NCBI RefSeq assembly: GCF_018977255.1 | Contig: NW_024704742.1 | Location: 138,138,001 to 138,202,000 of the forward strand | Origin: Callorhinchus milii | Lineage: Eukaryota | Direction: 5' to 3' | Length of the DNA: 64,000 bases | In this document: piece by piece, positions 1 through 10,988 of the stretch | Numbering within the stretch: position 1 is the stretch's first letter | Layout: each line of letters starts with the position of its first letter | The notes under the pieces: model-generated | What the model was told of the DNA's origin: nothing | The model's database searches: none | The model's input: the letters and a program-made list of their open reading frames with translations, nothing else | Translations under genes and position numbers: made by a program

Positions 1-549
1 ACCGTTGCATTTGATATCATGCCTTATCACGTCATGCAAACGTCTCAAAGCGCTTTACAACGAACCATAGAGATTTGCGGCATTTTATTTAAGAAATCCA
101 TTCTGCCCATTGTACCTGTGCTGCTCTTTTAAGAGCAAACCTTTCAGTCCTATTTCCCCACACGTCTCACTGACTCTTTTGAAGGTATCTGTCTAGTTCC
201 CCCTTGAAACGAATATAGATTCTGCTTCAACCACTGCTCCCAGCAGTTCATGCCATATCCTGACCGCTCTCTGTGTGTGAAACAATCTCTCCCAACCTCC
301 CCATTTGCTCGGTTATTCATTTGAAGGGAGATTCTCTCTCCTGGTGTCCCAGTTGACAATCCCCCGAATAAAATTGGTCTCTTGTTTCAAGGCTGTTTGT
401 GGGACTCTACTGTGTGCAATTGTGCTGCCGCGATCACCCACAAAATACACAGTCACTCCACCTCACAATAAATCCTATCAAACGTCTTGAGAAGTCCTTC
501 CGATGTGATAAGGCACTGTATCAAATGCAAGGATTATTATTATTATGAT

Positions 550-1170
550 GCCCTCCAATGACTGACTCATCGACCTGTGGGAATAATGTCTCCCTGTTAC
601 CTCTATCAAAAAAGCCTTGTCGTTTCAAGACCTCGATCAGGTCACCCCTAAATCTGCTTTGTTCCAGCAGAAAAACTCCCAGTTCCTCCCGTCTCCGCTC
701 AGAGGCCAAACCCCTCATCCCGGAATCATCCTATTAAATCTCCTCTACACCCTTTCTATCAGCTTGATGTCTTTCCTAAAGTGACGTTGCAATACTGGAC
801 ACAATCTCCTAACTGAGGTCTGACTAATAATTTATACAAGTTTACCTCCTTGCTGTATATTTTGTGCTCTGGGACGTCCTCCCGACGTGAAAAGTGCTAT
901 ACAAATGTAATTTTGTTGTTGTTGATGTATTCTATCCCTCTGTTGCTCTTTTGACTGCTGTTTTCTTTCCCACCTGTAAGGATTTATGTCCATTAACCCC
1001 CAAGTCCCTCTGCTGTTCCGTCTCCTTTTAATATTTTACCCCAACATAGACTCCTTATTCTTCCTCCCAAAATGTCGAACCTCACATTTGCCCGCATTAG
1101 ATTGTATTTGCCTTCTCTCTGCCCAATCAATTAATCTGTCTATGTCTCCCTGAAGGTGCTTACAATCTTC
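550..1170 (-). mobile_element. Degenerate CR1 LINE 3' fragments
   Basis: Minus frame LEQSRFRGDLIEVLK...DRGNRETLFP, typical of the CR1 ORF2 C-terminus. Confidence 0.75.
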
Positions 1171-2027
1171 TGCGCTGTTATATAATCATAATCCTTGCAC
1201 TTAATAGCGCCTTATCACCTTGTTGAGAGTGCTTTGCAGAATATACTGTAAAGTGAATTGGCTGTGTATTTTGTGGGTGAAACGCAGCAGTCAATTGGAC
1301 ACAGCAGTGTTTTTTTTGAAGGGATTATTACCCCTGGATCAGCCAATAAATTAACAACCGGGTTCCTACTTACTGCTAGATAAGCAAAGGCGTGTGGAGT
1401 GAGGAAACTTGCCCAAGGTTTCGTCCTGCCCTGGAATTGAATCCTGGAGTGCTCTAACCACTACAATAAGGAACACCACCTATTGCCTTTGGCACTCAGC
1501 TATCTCTTCACCTTCGGTATATCTGGCTTTGAGGCCAGGACTCCATGAGTAAGAAACTCACTTCACTTTTCCCTACAGCATTGCGGGATCTTTAAAGTCC
1601 AACTGACCAGGGCACAGACTCAGTTGAACGTCTCATCTGAAGAACGGCGTGTCTGACAATCCAGCGCTCTAATTCCCCCCCAGCAAAGTGGGGCTCGAAG
1701 TCACAACTGGGTACTGGATAAGCAGTAAAACCCCACGTCAGAGACTCTGAGCTCACAGTCCTGGCTGGAGCTATTTGAAAAGAGAAGGAAGTTTCTCTCG
1801 CTCTCTCTCTCTTCCCCCAGTGTCCAGGCCAACAACCCCCGGATGCAATCCCTCACTCACTTCACGGCTGTTTGTGGGATGTCGCTGTGCATAAAACAGC
1901 TGCCGTGTTTGCCGACAAAAATACAGACAGTACACAGTCGTGGCACAATTCCTGCTCCCAGACACAGTACAAAGACGAGAGTTAAAACGAGACAATTCCA
2001 CGTGTGGAAGAAATGAGGGAGACTTAC

Positions 2028-2082
2028 CGAGAGCGATGCAGAGAAGCGCACAGAGGAACATCAGTCTGAGCACAAGAGCCAT
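2028..2082 (-). CDS. First (signal-peptide) exon of a secreted protein, probably a second chemokine; remaining exons not found in the window
   Basis: GACATGG start context; MALVLRLMFLCALLCIAL + G|GTAAGT consensus donor in phase 1; TATATAA about 113 nt upstream. Confidence 0.75.
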
Positions 2083-2194
2083 GTCTGAGGCAGCAGAGAA
2101 GGAGTGAGAGCGAGCGAGATGCAATCTACCCTCAGGTACAGATGCTGCAGATAGCTGGTCCAAAGCTCTGCGAGTGAGTCAAGGAACCCAGTCC

Positions 2195-2242
2195 TTATAT
2201 ACCCATTTGTGGGTGTTTCACTTAGTGAAATAGAAAATGAAA
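2195..2242 (-). promoter_or_regulatory. TATA box and ISRE-like element of the second gene
   Basis: TATATAA at 2195-2201 (minus); GAAATAGAAAATGAAA at 2227-2242 (plus), i.e. three GAAA half-sites in GAAANNGAAA spacing. Confidence 0.7.
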
Positions 2243-3377
2243 TCTAACCTTGCAAAGCTCCTTGAATCCACTTCAATCTTCCCCTGACTTGACAGGTTGT
2301 CTCAAAACATTCCTCCTTGACTTCGCCTTCGCTCTTCTTCCCTCCTCCACCCCCCGCCCCTCCCTTGCCCTTTACCCTTCCTGATCCCAACCCCCAGCGC
2401 AGATCCAAACCCTTCATTGTCCAGCGCGTTAGGGACTCATGGAGTCCTGTAGCTCAGTGTTAGAGCCCTCGCCTCGCAAGCGAGAGGACCTGGGTTCGAT
2501 TCCCAGTTTGGGGCGAAACCTTAGACAAGTTTCCTTACTCCACACGCATCTATTTACCAGCAGTGAGTCGGAACCCAGTTGTTAGTCAATTGGCAGATTG
2601 ACCACCTCCCTCCTTAAACATTCACTTTCCACAGTCAACTGTGTGATGCAACTTAATAATAATAATCCTTGCATTTGATACAGAGCCTTATCACGTCTTC
2701 GAGACGTCTCAAAGTGCTTCATAGGGTATACCGTAAAGTGTAGTGACTCTATATTTTGTGGACGAAACGCGGCAGCCATTTGCACACAGCAGTGTCGCAC
2801 AAACAGTCATGGATTGAGCAACCAAATTTTTTTTGGAGGGATTATTATTTACTTGCCCGCCCTCGACTCTACCTCACCCCAAATGCAGCCGAAACCCTCA
2901 TGCATGTGACCTGTGGAGAATGTAGATTTACATACGTGGAATAATCAGTCACGGGCAATAAACGGAAGTGTGAACAGATGTCAAATACAATCCAATGGGG
3001 AAATTGAGAGTGAGTTTCAGGATATTGATAAACATTTAATGTCCTGACTGAGAAGGGATTTCTCCTGAATTGCGAAACACAGAATGAATAACTAATGATT
3101 GAGTATTGTTATCACAGGGGCATTCCTGCCCGAGTAGAGTGTGTTACTCTGCCAGGAACTCAAGTTTCAGTCTTTAGTGCTGCTATTTCCCCCCCTTCTC
3201 TCTCTGCTGTGAAGCCAATACCATAGACAGTGTGCAGAGGGAACACAGGCTTCAAATTCCACCCGATCTCTGCCAAACCCCACTTTCCACCCATATTTAA
3301 CTCGAACCAACAATGTGCAAAAATGTCAGCTTAAAAAGTCGTTTCTCTCTTTTATTTTGTCTGACACTCAAGGTAAC

Positions 3378-4087
3378 CCATCACCGTGACCAGCCGGGTG
3401 TCTGTCACACACACAAACCCGTCACCGTGACCAGCCGGGTGTCTGACACACACACAAACCATCACCGTGACCAGCCGGGTGTCTGTCACACACACAAACC
3501 CATCACCGTGACCAGCCGGGTGTCTGTCACACACACAAACCCGTCACCGTGACCAGCCGGGTGTCTGACACACACACAAACCCATCACCGTGACCAGCCG
3601 GGTGTCTGACACACACACAAACCCATCACCGTGACCAGCCGGGTGTCTGACACACACACAAACCCATCACCGTGACCAGTCGGGTGTCTGTCACACACAC
3701 AAACCATCCCCGTGACCAGCCGGGTGTCTGACACACACACAAACCCATCACCGTGACCAGCCGGGTGTCTGACACACACACAAGCCCATCACCGTGACCA
3801 GCCGGGTGTCTGTCACACACACAAACCCATCACCGTGACCAGCCGGGTGTCTGTCACACACACAAACCCATCACCGTGACCAGCCGGGTGTCTGTCACAC
3901 ACACAAACCCATCACCGTGACCAGCCGGGTGTCTGTCACACACACAAACCCATCACCGTGACCAGCCGGGTGTCTGACACACACACAAACCCATCACCGT
4001 GACCAGCCGGGTGTCTGTCACACACACAAACCCATCACCGTGACCAGCCGGGTGTCTGACACACACAAACCCATCACCGTGACCAGC
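3378..4087. repeat. ~41-bp minisatellite, about 17 copies
   Basis: Unit CCATCACCGTGACCAGCCGGGTGTCTG(T)CACACACACAAAC repeated in tandem. Confidence 0.95.
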
Positions 4088-4140
4088 GAGCACCAGTGTA
4101 AGCCCTCATCACGGGAGCCCATATTCTCAGAGCTCAGTGC

Positions 4141-4490
4141 GGAGTCCTGTAGCTCAATGGTTAGAGCGCTCGCCTCACAAGCGAGAGGACTCGCAGAGTG
4201 AAATCTCAGCCAAGTTTCCTTGCTCCACACGCCTCTGTTTACTTAGCAGTAAGTTGGAACCCGCTTGTCAGTTGATTAGCTGATCGCTTTCTAGGTTAAT
4301 AACCCCTTAAAAAAACATTGATCACTCAATCCATGACTGTTTGTGGGACACTGCTGTGTACAATTGGCTGCTGTGTTTCACCCACAAAATATACAGCCAA
4401 TTCACTTTACAATGTATTCTGTGAAGTGCTTTGAGACGTCTCAACAATGATAAGGCGCTGTATCAAATGCAAAGATTATTATTATTAATA
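4141..4490 (+). mobile_element. tRNA-Ala-derived SINE, long subfamily
   Basis: GGAGTCCTGTAGCTCA head, GTTTCCTT..CTCCACACGCCTCTGTTTAC middle, TGTTTGTGGGAC..GCTGTG..CAATTGGCTGC Deu-type segment, (TTA)n tail. Confidence 0.85.
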
Positions 4491-4654
4491 TTAGCTTCAA
4501 TAAAGATAAAGCCCGTGAATATCTTACTGAACAATAGACACAGAACCTGTTATTCTTTATATTCCTTGGTCAGTAATAGGTTGAAAGATCACAGTCACTA
4601 CACTTGTTCAGTATTTCAGTGATGAAGGATGTGATAATCTCAGCCTGGCTGAGG

Positions 4655-4780
4655 GAAGAGAGGGGTGTGGGAGAGGGGAATAGAGGAGTGTGGGAGAGGG
4701 GAATAGAGGGATGTGGGAGAGGGGAATAGAGGGGTGTGGGAGAGAGGAATAGAGGGATGTGGGAGAGGGGAATAGAGGGG
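4655..4780. repeat. 23-bp minisatellite, G-rich orientation, about 5 copies
   Basis: AGGGGTGTGGGAGAGGGGAATAG units; reverse complement of the array at 6902-7819. Confidence 0.9.
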
Positions 4781-5801
4781 TACAGAAGGGGTGAGGGGCA
4801 GAGACTCAGAGGTGAAGGCCCAAATGGCCTGGCTGTAAGCGTCCATGAGTCTATGCGAAAGTCAGATTTGACAATAATGTCCTTACTCAACTATTGACAG
4901 TTTCTATTTCACATCCTCCTCGGGGCTTTTCCCCGGGACTTTCTGAGCTACCCTCATGTCACAAATAATCTCTGACATTCCCCATGGCTGGTTTGGTCAC
5001 ATTCCCATTATCTTGGAGGAGCAGTTAAACACAGGGCATGAAAATGAGTCTTGTAGTGTAGTGGTTCGAGCGCTCGCATCACAAGCCAGAGGTCCCCCAT
5101 CCAACATCCTTCCTCTTCACCCCCTCCCGTGCCTCCTTCAAAACCCATCACAAGATCCTCCTCTACCACCCCACCTTTGGTCACCCTCCTACCCCCACCC
5201 TCCCTGCCCTCCACCCCTCCTGATCCCAACCCCCAGCTCGGGTCCACATTCCTGACCTCAAAAGCACTATACAAATGTAATTTATTGTTGTTTGATTCCC
5301 GGACAGGGCAAAACCTTCGGTAAATTTCCTTACTCCTCTAACAGTAAGTAGGAACCTTTGTTGTTAGTCGATTGGCGGATCGCTTTCCGGGGGTAATAAT
5401 CACTTCAAAAAAAAATCGAGTCACTCAAACCACGACTGTTTGTGGGGACACTGATGTGGGTAATTGGTTGCTGCGTTTCGCCCACAAAATACAAAGTGTC
5501 ACTACACTTTATAGTATATTCTATGAAGCACTTTGAGACGTCTCGACAAAGCGCTTAATCAAATAAAAGGATTATTGTGTGAATTGAAGTGAGACCGGAC
5601 TGACCACAGATTAAACATTAACCCACGCAGTGGCTGTGGTTAATCCGGCAAAGGGCCTGTGGTTACTGTCTGTGTCTGTGGGTCACACACTTGTTCTCTG
5701 GCCTCCCAGTCAGAGTCATGGGCTGTGGGTTCCATTCACTTCCCAACTCTCTCCCCACATCCCTTTTTTACACAGAGTCACACACAATAACAATAATATG
5801 G

Positions 5802-6155
5802 TGGAGTCCTGTAGCTCAGTGGTTAGAGCACTCGCCTTGCAAGCAAAGAGGACCCGGGGCGAAACCTTAGGCAAGTTTCCTTACTCCACACGCCTCTGTT
5901 TACCAGCAGTAAGTAGGAACCCAGTTGTTAGTCGATTGGTGGATCGCTTTACAGGGTAATAATCCCTCCCCAAAAATATTTGGTCACTCAGTCCACAACT
6001 GTTTGTGGAACACTGCTGTACGCAGTTTACTGTTGTGTTTCGCCCTCAAATATACAGTCACTACACTTATTAATAATAACCAAATGGATTGTACACGTCG
6101 TATTATTGACAATGTGATAAGGCACTATATCAAGTGCAAGGATTATTATTATTAC
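5802..6155 (+). mobile_element. tRNA-Ala-derived SINE, long subfamily
   Basis: A-box TAGCTCAGTGG, anticodon stem CTCGC-CTTGCAA-GC, CORE-like middle, Deu-type 3' part, ATT tail. Confidence 0.85.
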
Positions 6156-6156
6156 T

Positions 6157-6430
6157 TGTAATAGTGTTGATGTGGCTATTATCCCAAGTGATTATATCAT
6201 AATAAATAAGGAACTGGAGAAAATCAGGAAATATATTGATCTATAAATTGAATGCAGACGTATGTGGCGATGTAAAACAAACATAGCACCTATAATCATC
6301 AGTGTAACTGTGATCGTTAATAAGACTGTTCAGAAATTGCCTGACAACGTATCTGGTGCACAAAATATCGACCTCCTGCAAACCATCGTTGTTTCAGGAA
6401 TCTCAGACTTACTAAGAAAAGTCACATCTA
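6157..6430 (+). mobile_element. 3' fragment of an R4/Dong-type non-LTR retrotransposon (restriction-like endonuclease)
   Basis: Frame reads VDVAIIPSDYIIINKELEKIRKYIDL*IECRRMWRCKTNIAPIII...LLQTIVVSGISDLLRKV, matching the DVAIP..EK..KY.DL..E..RMW and LRKV motifs of RLE elements; one internal stop. Confidence 0.75.
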
Positions 6431-6901
6431 TTCCTATGTCACGTGGCAGTGTTGTTGCTCTGACTGTCCAGCACTGAAAACACTTAGAAACTACCTTTAC
6501 ACAGTGATTTAAACTGTAATAGGAACATAGGAACAGGGGGAGGCCATTCAGCCCCTCGAGCCTGTTCCGCCATTCTATAAGAAAATGGTTGATCACACAC
6601 AGAACATACAATAACATAATAATAGTAGTAATGATGCTTGCATTTGCTATTTACATCATCACGTCGAGATGACGTCTCAAAGTGTACTGTAAAGTGTAGT
6701 GACTGTGTATTTTTTAGCGAATGCAGCAGCCAATTTGCGCACAGCGACCTCCCATAATCAGCCGCGGAGTGAGTGACTAATTTTATTGGGGGGGTTGTCA
6801 GCCTGGATTCCGGGAGAGAGGAACTCCCTTCTCTTTCGAATAGTGACACGGAATCTTTAACATCCACCTGAACAGGACGGCACCTCTGACAATGCACTCT
6901 A

Positions 6902-7819
6902 TCTATTCCCCTCTCCCACACCCCTCTATCCCCCTCTCCCACACCCCTCTATCCCCCTCTCCCACACCCCTCTATCCCCCTCTCCCACACCCCTCTATCC
7001 CCCTCTCCCACACCCCTCTATCCCCCTCTCCCACACCCCTCTATCCCCCTCTCCCACACCCCTCTATCCCCCTCTCCCGCACCCCTCTATCCCCCTCTCC
7101 CGCACCCCTCTATCCCCCTCTCCCGCACCCCTCTATCCCCCTCTCCCGCACCCCCTCTATCCCCCTCTCCCGCACCCCTCTATCCCCCTCTCCTACACTC
7201 CTCTATTCCCCTCTCCTACACCCCTCTATCCCCCTCTCCTACACCCCTCTATCCCCCTCTCCCACACTCCTCTATTCCCCTCTCCCACACTCCTCTATCC
7301 CCCTCTCCCACACCCCTCTATCCCCCTCTCCCACACCCCTCTATCCCCCTCTCCCACACCCCTCTATCCCCCTCTCCCACACTCCTCTATCCCCCTCTCC
7401 CACACTCCTCTATTCCCCTCTCCTACACTCCTCTATCCCCTCTCCTACACCCCTCTATCCCCCTCTCCTACACTCCTCTATTCCCCTCTCCTACACTCCT
7501 CTATTCCCCTCTCCTACACCCCTCTATTCCCCTCTCCTACACTCCTCTATTCCCCTCTCCCACACCCCTCTCTACCCCTCTCCCACACCCTTCTATCCCC
7601 CTCTCCCACACCCCTCTATCCCCCTCTCCCACACCCCTCTATCCCCTTCTCCTACACTCCTCTATTCCCCTCTCCCACACCCCTCTATCCCCCTCTCCCA
7701 CACCCCTCTATCCCCCTCTCCCACACCCCTCTATCCCCCTCTCCCACACCCCTCTATCCCCCTCTCCCACACCCCTCTATCCCCCTCTCCCACACCCCTC
7801 TATCCCCCTCTCCCACACC
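6902..7819. repeat. 23-bp C-rich minisatellite, about 40 copies
   Basis: Unit CTATCCCCCTCTCCCACACCCCT; accounts for the spurious 313-aa ORF. Confidence 0.95.
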
Positions 7820-8213
7820 GCTCTAGACATTAAACCTCACTCCTCATCTGTGTCCTGTTCAGATGGACATTAAAGATCCTGTGACACGATTGGGAAAATA
7901 GAAAGGAGTTTCTCTCTCTCTCTCTCTCTCTCTCGCCCGGTGTCCTGGCCGACAATCCCCCAGATAAAACCAGTCGTGGCTTCATGGCTGTTTGTGGGAC
8001 GTTGCTGTGTGCATATTGGCTGCTGGGTTCGCTTACAGTCACTACACTTTACATTAAACGCTGCAAAGAGCTTTGAGACATCCTCCAAAAGCATCTCTCT
8101 CTCTCCCCCGCCAGGTGAGGTATGAAGTGGGGTGGGGTGGGGTGGGGTGGAGGGGGAATGAATGCCCACGGAATGAGAGACGAGCCAAAGAGATTTAATT
8201 AAAGAGAATAGTT

Positions 8214-8219
8214 TTTATT
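8214..8219 (-). terminator. Probable polyadenylation signal of the CCL19-like gene
   Basis: AATAAA on the minus strand about 940 nt after the stop codon, in a T-rich 3' UTR end. Confidence 0.6.
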
Positions 8220-9158
8220 CACATTTTATCAACAAAAAAAACAAACAACACATTTTACGTCAGGGATGGGGAAAAAAAAGGCACTCTCACGTCACGACAT
8301 ACAAAATCACACGTGGCATTCCGTGTCGGTGCGTGACGGGTTCCATTGACACGCAACGAGCGAGCATTCACACATAATGGGAAAAGTTTAACGTAGTGTT
8401 CACATTGCGGGAGGGCTGTGCGGAGCGGCTGCTTGTGTGGGGGGGGGAAGGGAAGAGGTTGAGAGGGGGAGGGTTTAAAACAAGATGATTCCCAAACGGG
8501 ATTTGTTAACCAAGAAACACGAGGCTCCGAGCGACACAATTCCTTGCGGACCCAATACGATTTTCTCCCCCGTCTCCCACACACCCGCCCCCCCCCCCCC
8601 TCCCGCACCACCACCACCGCCCCGGTCCCCCACCTCCTACCCTCCCTCCCCGACACCCACCCCCCACCCCAGCAGCCACCCCGATCGAGCCTGACAACAT
8701 TCCCTGATTCTCTTGACGAAGAAACCCCGTTTAGGAAAGGTGCAAATTTCGCACATAAAAACATACAGTAACTCCACTTTATAGTATAGTGTGAAGCACT
8801 TTGAGGCAACTGGAAGACATGATAAGCCGCTGTATCTAATGCCAGGATTAGTATTGCTATCATTATATCATAAAACCATTCCCCTCGGGAAGGTGATTGC
8901 AGGATTAGTACAGAGCAGAGCAGCGATCAGCTGTCTGTTTTCTCCCCCTCGTTCCTCCCCGCTCCCCCCCCCCCCCCCCCCCATCACCTCATTTCACCCT
9001 CTTCCCCCCACCCATAGCATCTCCATTCACATTTGGGATTACTCAACAACAACAACAACAACAACAACGAGATTACATTTGCATAGCGCCTTTCACTTCG
9101 GGAGGAACTCAGTCACACACACACATACACGTGGTGGGGAGTCAGAGGTTGAAGATCA

Positions 9159-9207
9159 CTAGTTGCCGGTGCCGGTGCCGTTGCTGTTGCCTTGGCGTCT
9201 GTTTTTG
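9159..9207 (-). CDS. CCL19: CCL19-like exon 4 coding part (short tail and stop)
   Basis: ccattttctttcaccag| acceptor; the phase-2 frame reads SKNRRQGNSNGTGTGN then TAG. Confidence 0.7.
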
Positions 9208-10855
9208 CTGGTGAAAGAAAATGGCGACTGTTAGACGCGCCGTGAGCTTGCCCCCGTCTCAACCCCCACCCCCCCCCCACCCAGTCCTCCGCCAGCAATA
9301 TCCTCCAATAAATAATAACACGAGAGGGTTGTTCACCAGAACACACCTGCCCCCAGCAGTATTTCCCTCCATGACGTGATCCCATTTCCCCTCTCCCCCT
9401 CTCCCTTTCTCCCTCTTCCCCTCTCCCTTCCTCCCTCATACCTCTTACCCACTCCCTTAATCAACTTCCCTATCCCCTTCGCTCCCTTACCCCCACTTCC
9501 CCTCTCCCTTCCTCCCTTCCTCCCCTCCCTGCTTCGCTTCACCCCATCCTCCCCCTTCTCCTCCTCCCATTCCCCCTCTCCCAACCCCCGGAGATGGGTG
9601 AGCGCGAGGAGAGGCGAGGAGAGGCGAGGAGAGGCGAGGAGAGGCGAGGAGAGGAGAGAACCATCTCTTACCTGTTATTTTTCGACCTCTTCAGTTTCCT
9701 GATGTACTTTTTTACCCACTTGAGATTTGGTGTTGCGCAAAGCTTTCTCATCTTCATGGTGATGAACCTATTGGGAGATTAGTAATCATGGTCAGCAGAG
9801 CTGGGAGCAAGACTCAGACACTGGCCGCTTAAACATGGAGTCCCATAGCGTAATGATTAGCCTCGCAAGCAAGAGGACCCGGGTTCGATTCCCGGGCAGG
9901 GCGAAACCTTAATAATATTATTATTTTATTATTATTATTATATTATAACCTTAGGCAAGTTTCCTTACTCCACACGCCACTGTTCGCCCAACAGTGAGTA
10001 GGAACCCGGTTGTTAATCGATTGGCCGATCGCTTTCCGGGGGTAATAATCCCTCTCCCCCACCCCAAGAAATGTGATCATTCAATCCACGACTGTTTGTT
10101 GGACATGTAGTCAAGGCGTCCCAAAACGCTTCGCAGGACATGCTGTAAAGTGGAGTGACTGTGTATTTTCTAAGTGAAATGCGGCAGCTCATTCCATGCA
10201 ATACTTACACGACGGCATTGATTTTGCAGCCATTTATTTGCTGCTGAATGCTGTAGTCCATTATGTTGTGAAAGGGGATTTTGTTAGCACTTGTGGCCAG
10301 GCAGCAGTCAATCAGGTCATCATTACCACTGGCTGCAACAACAACAACAACAAGAACAACAATAAATGACACTTGTATAGCGCCTGTCACATTGGGAGCA
10401 CATCCCAACACAAACCATAGATCGCTTTAGCTCAAGAGTTGCCCAACACTGGTGCTCGCTCCCCCACTGGAGCTCTCTACTCTAACCCCATTCCCCGCTC
10501 TCTCCCCATCGTGTCTGTGCTGGTGCTCGCTCCCCCACTGGAGCTCTCTAACCCCATTCCCCGCTCTCTCCCCATCGTGTCTGCGCTGGTGCTCGCTCCC
10601 CCACTGGAGCTCTCTAACCCCATTCCCCGCTCTCTCCCCATCGTGTCTGCGCTGGTGTTCTGTAAACTGTAAAATAGACAGGAGAGTCAAGATTGAGACA
10701 CACACATACAAACACACACACACACAGAGCGAGAGACATGCACAGTCACACACACACACACACACATACACAGTGAGAGAGTCATCACCTTGAGTCTGGT
10801 CCCAAAGAACGCCTGCGATAAGCACCAGGAGAGAGAAAATCAGAGTCTTCATCAT
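9159..10855 (-). CDS. CCL19: CCL19-like CC chemokine, 4 coding exons (10789-10855, 10209-10332, 9672-9767, 9159-9207), 111 aa
   Basis: Spliced translation: MMKTLIFSLLVLIAGVLWDQTQ-ASGNDDLIDCCLATSANKIPFHNIMDYSIQQQINGCKINAV-VFITMKMRKLCATPNLKWVKKYIRKLKRSKNN-SKNRRQGNSNGTGTGN*. It has a signal peptide, DCCL, GCxIxAVVF and LCAxPxxxWV motifs and four canonical Cys. All introns are GT-AG with phases 1/2/2. It lacks the extra C-terminal Cys pair of mammalian CCL21. CCL19 versus CCL21 orthology is inferred. Confidence 0.9.
9672..9767 (-). CDS. CCL19: CCL19-like exon 3 (fourth Cys, C-terminal helix)
   Basis: ctaatctcccaatag|GTTCATC...AACAG|gtaaga; 96 nt; FITMKMRKLCATPNLKWVKKYIRKL. Confidence 0.93.
10209..10332 (-). 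CDS. CCL19: CCL19-like exon 2 (CC motif and third Cys)
   Basis: ttgttgcag|CCAGTGGT...GCCGTCGT|gtaagt; 124 nt; encodes DLIDCCLATS...NGCKINAV. Confidence 0.95.
10449..10657. repeat. 66-bp tandem repeat (3 copies) in CCL19-like intron 1
   Basis: CTGGTGCTCGCTCCCCCACTGGAGCTCTCTAACCCCATTCCCCGCTCTCTCCCCATCGTGTCTGCG; related single copies near 47725, 49165 and (reverse) 49900. Confidence 0.9.
10789..10855 (-). CDS. CCL19: CCL19-like exon 1 (signal peptide)
   Basis: ATGATGAAG...ACTCAAG|GTGATG; 22 codons + 1 nt; hydrophobic core LIFSLLVLIAGVLW. Confidence 0.9.
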
Positions 10856-10951
10856 GCTGATGGAACGAGTGAGGAGCTGATGGAACGAGTGAGGAGCTGC
10901 TGTGTTCAGGAGCTGCTGTGTTCTGCTATCAAACTGGCTCCCAGCTGCCTC

Positions 10952-10988
10952 TATTTATACTCTGATCTGAGGGGACTTTCGCTTTTAC
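10952..10988 (-). promoter_or_regulatory. CCL19-like core promoter: TATA box plus overlapping NF-kB-like and IRF-E-like sites
   Basis: TATAAATA at 10952-10959 (minus); GGGGACTTTC at 10971-10980; AAAAGCGAAAG (minus) at about 10976-10986. Confidence 0.75.

Noticed and set aside
3378..4087. CRISPR-like array
   Set aside because: Units are contiguous with no unique spacers, there are no cas genes, and the context is eukaryotic.
6892..7833. 313-aa Pro-rich ORF, and the His/Thr-rich ORFs at 29225-29926
   Set aside because: Translations of tandem repeats.
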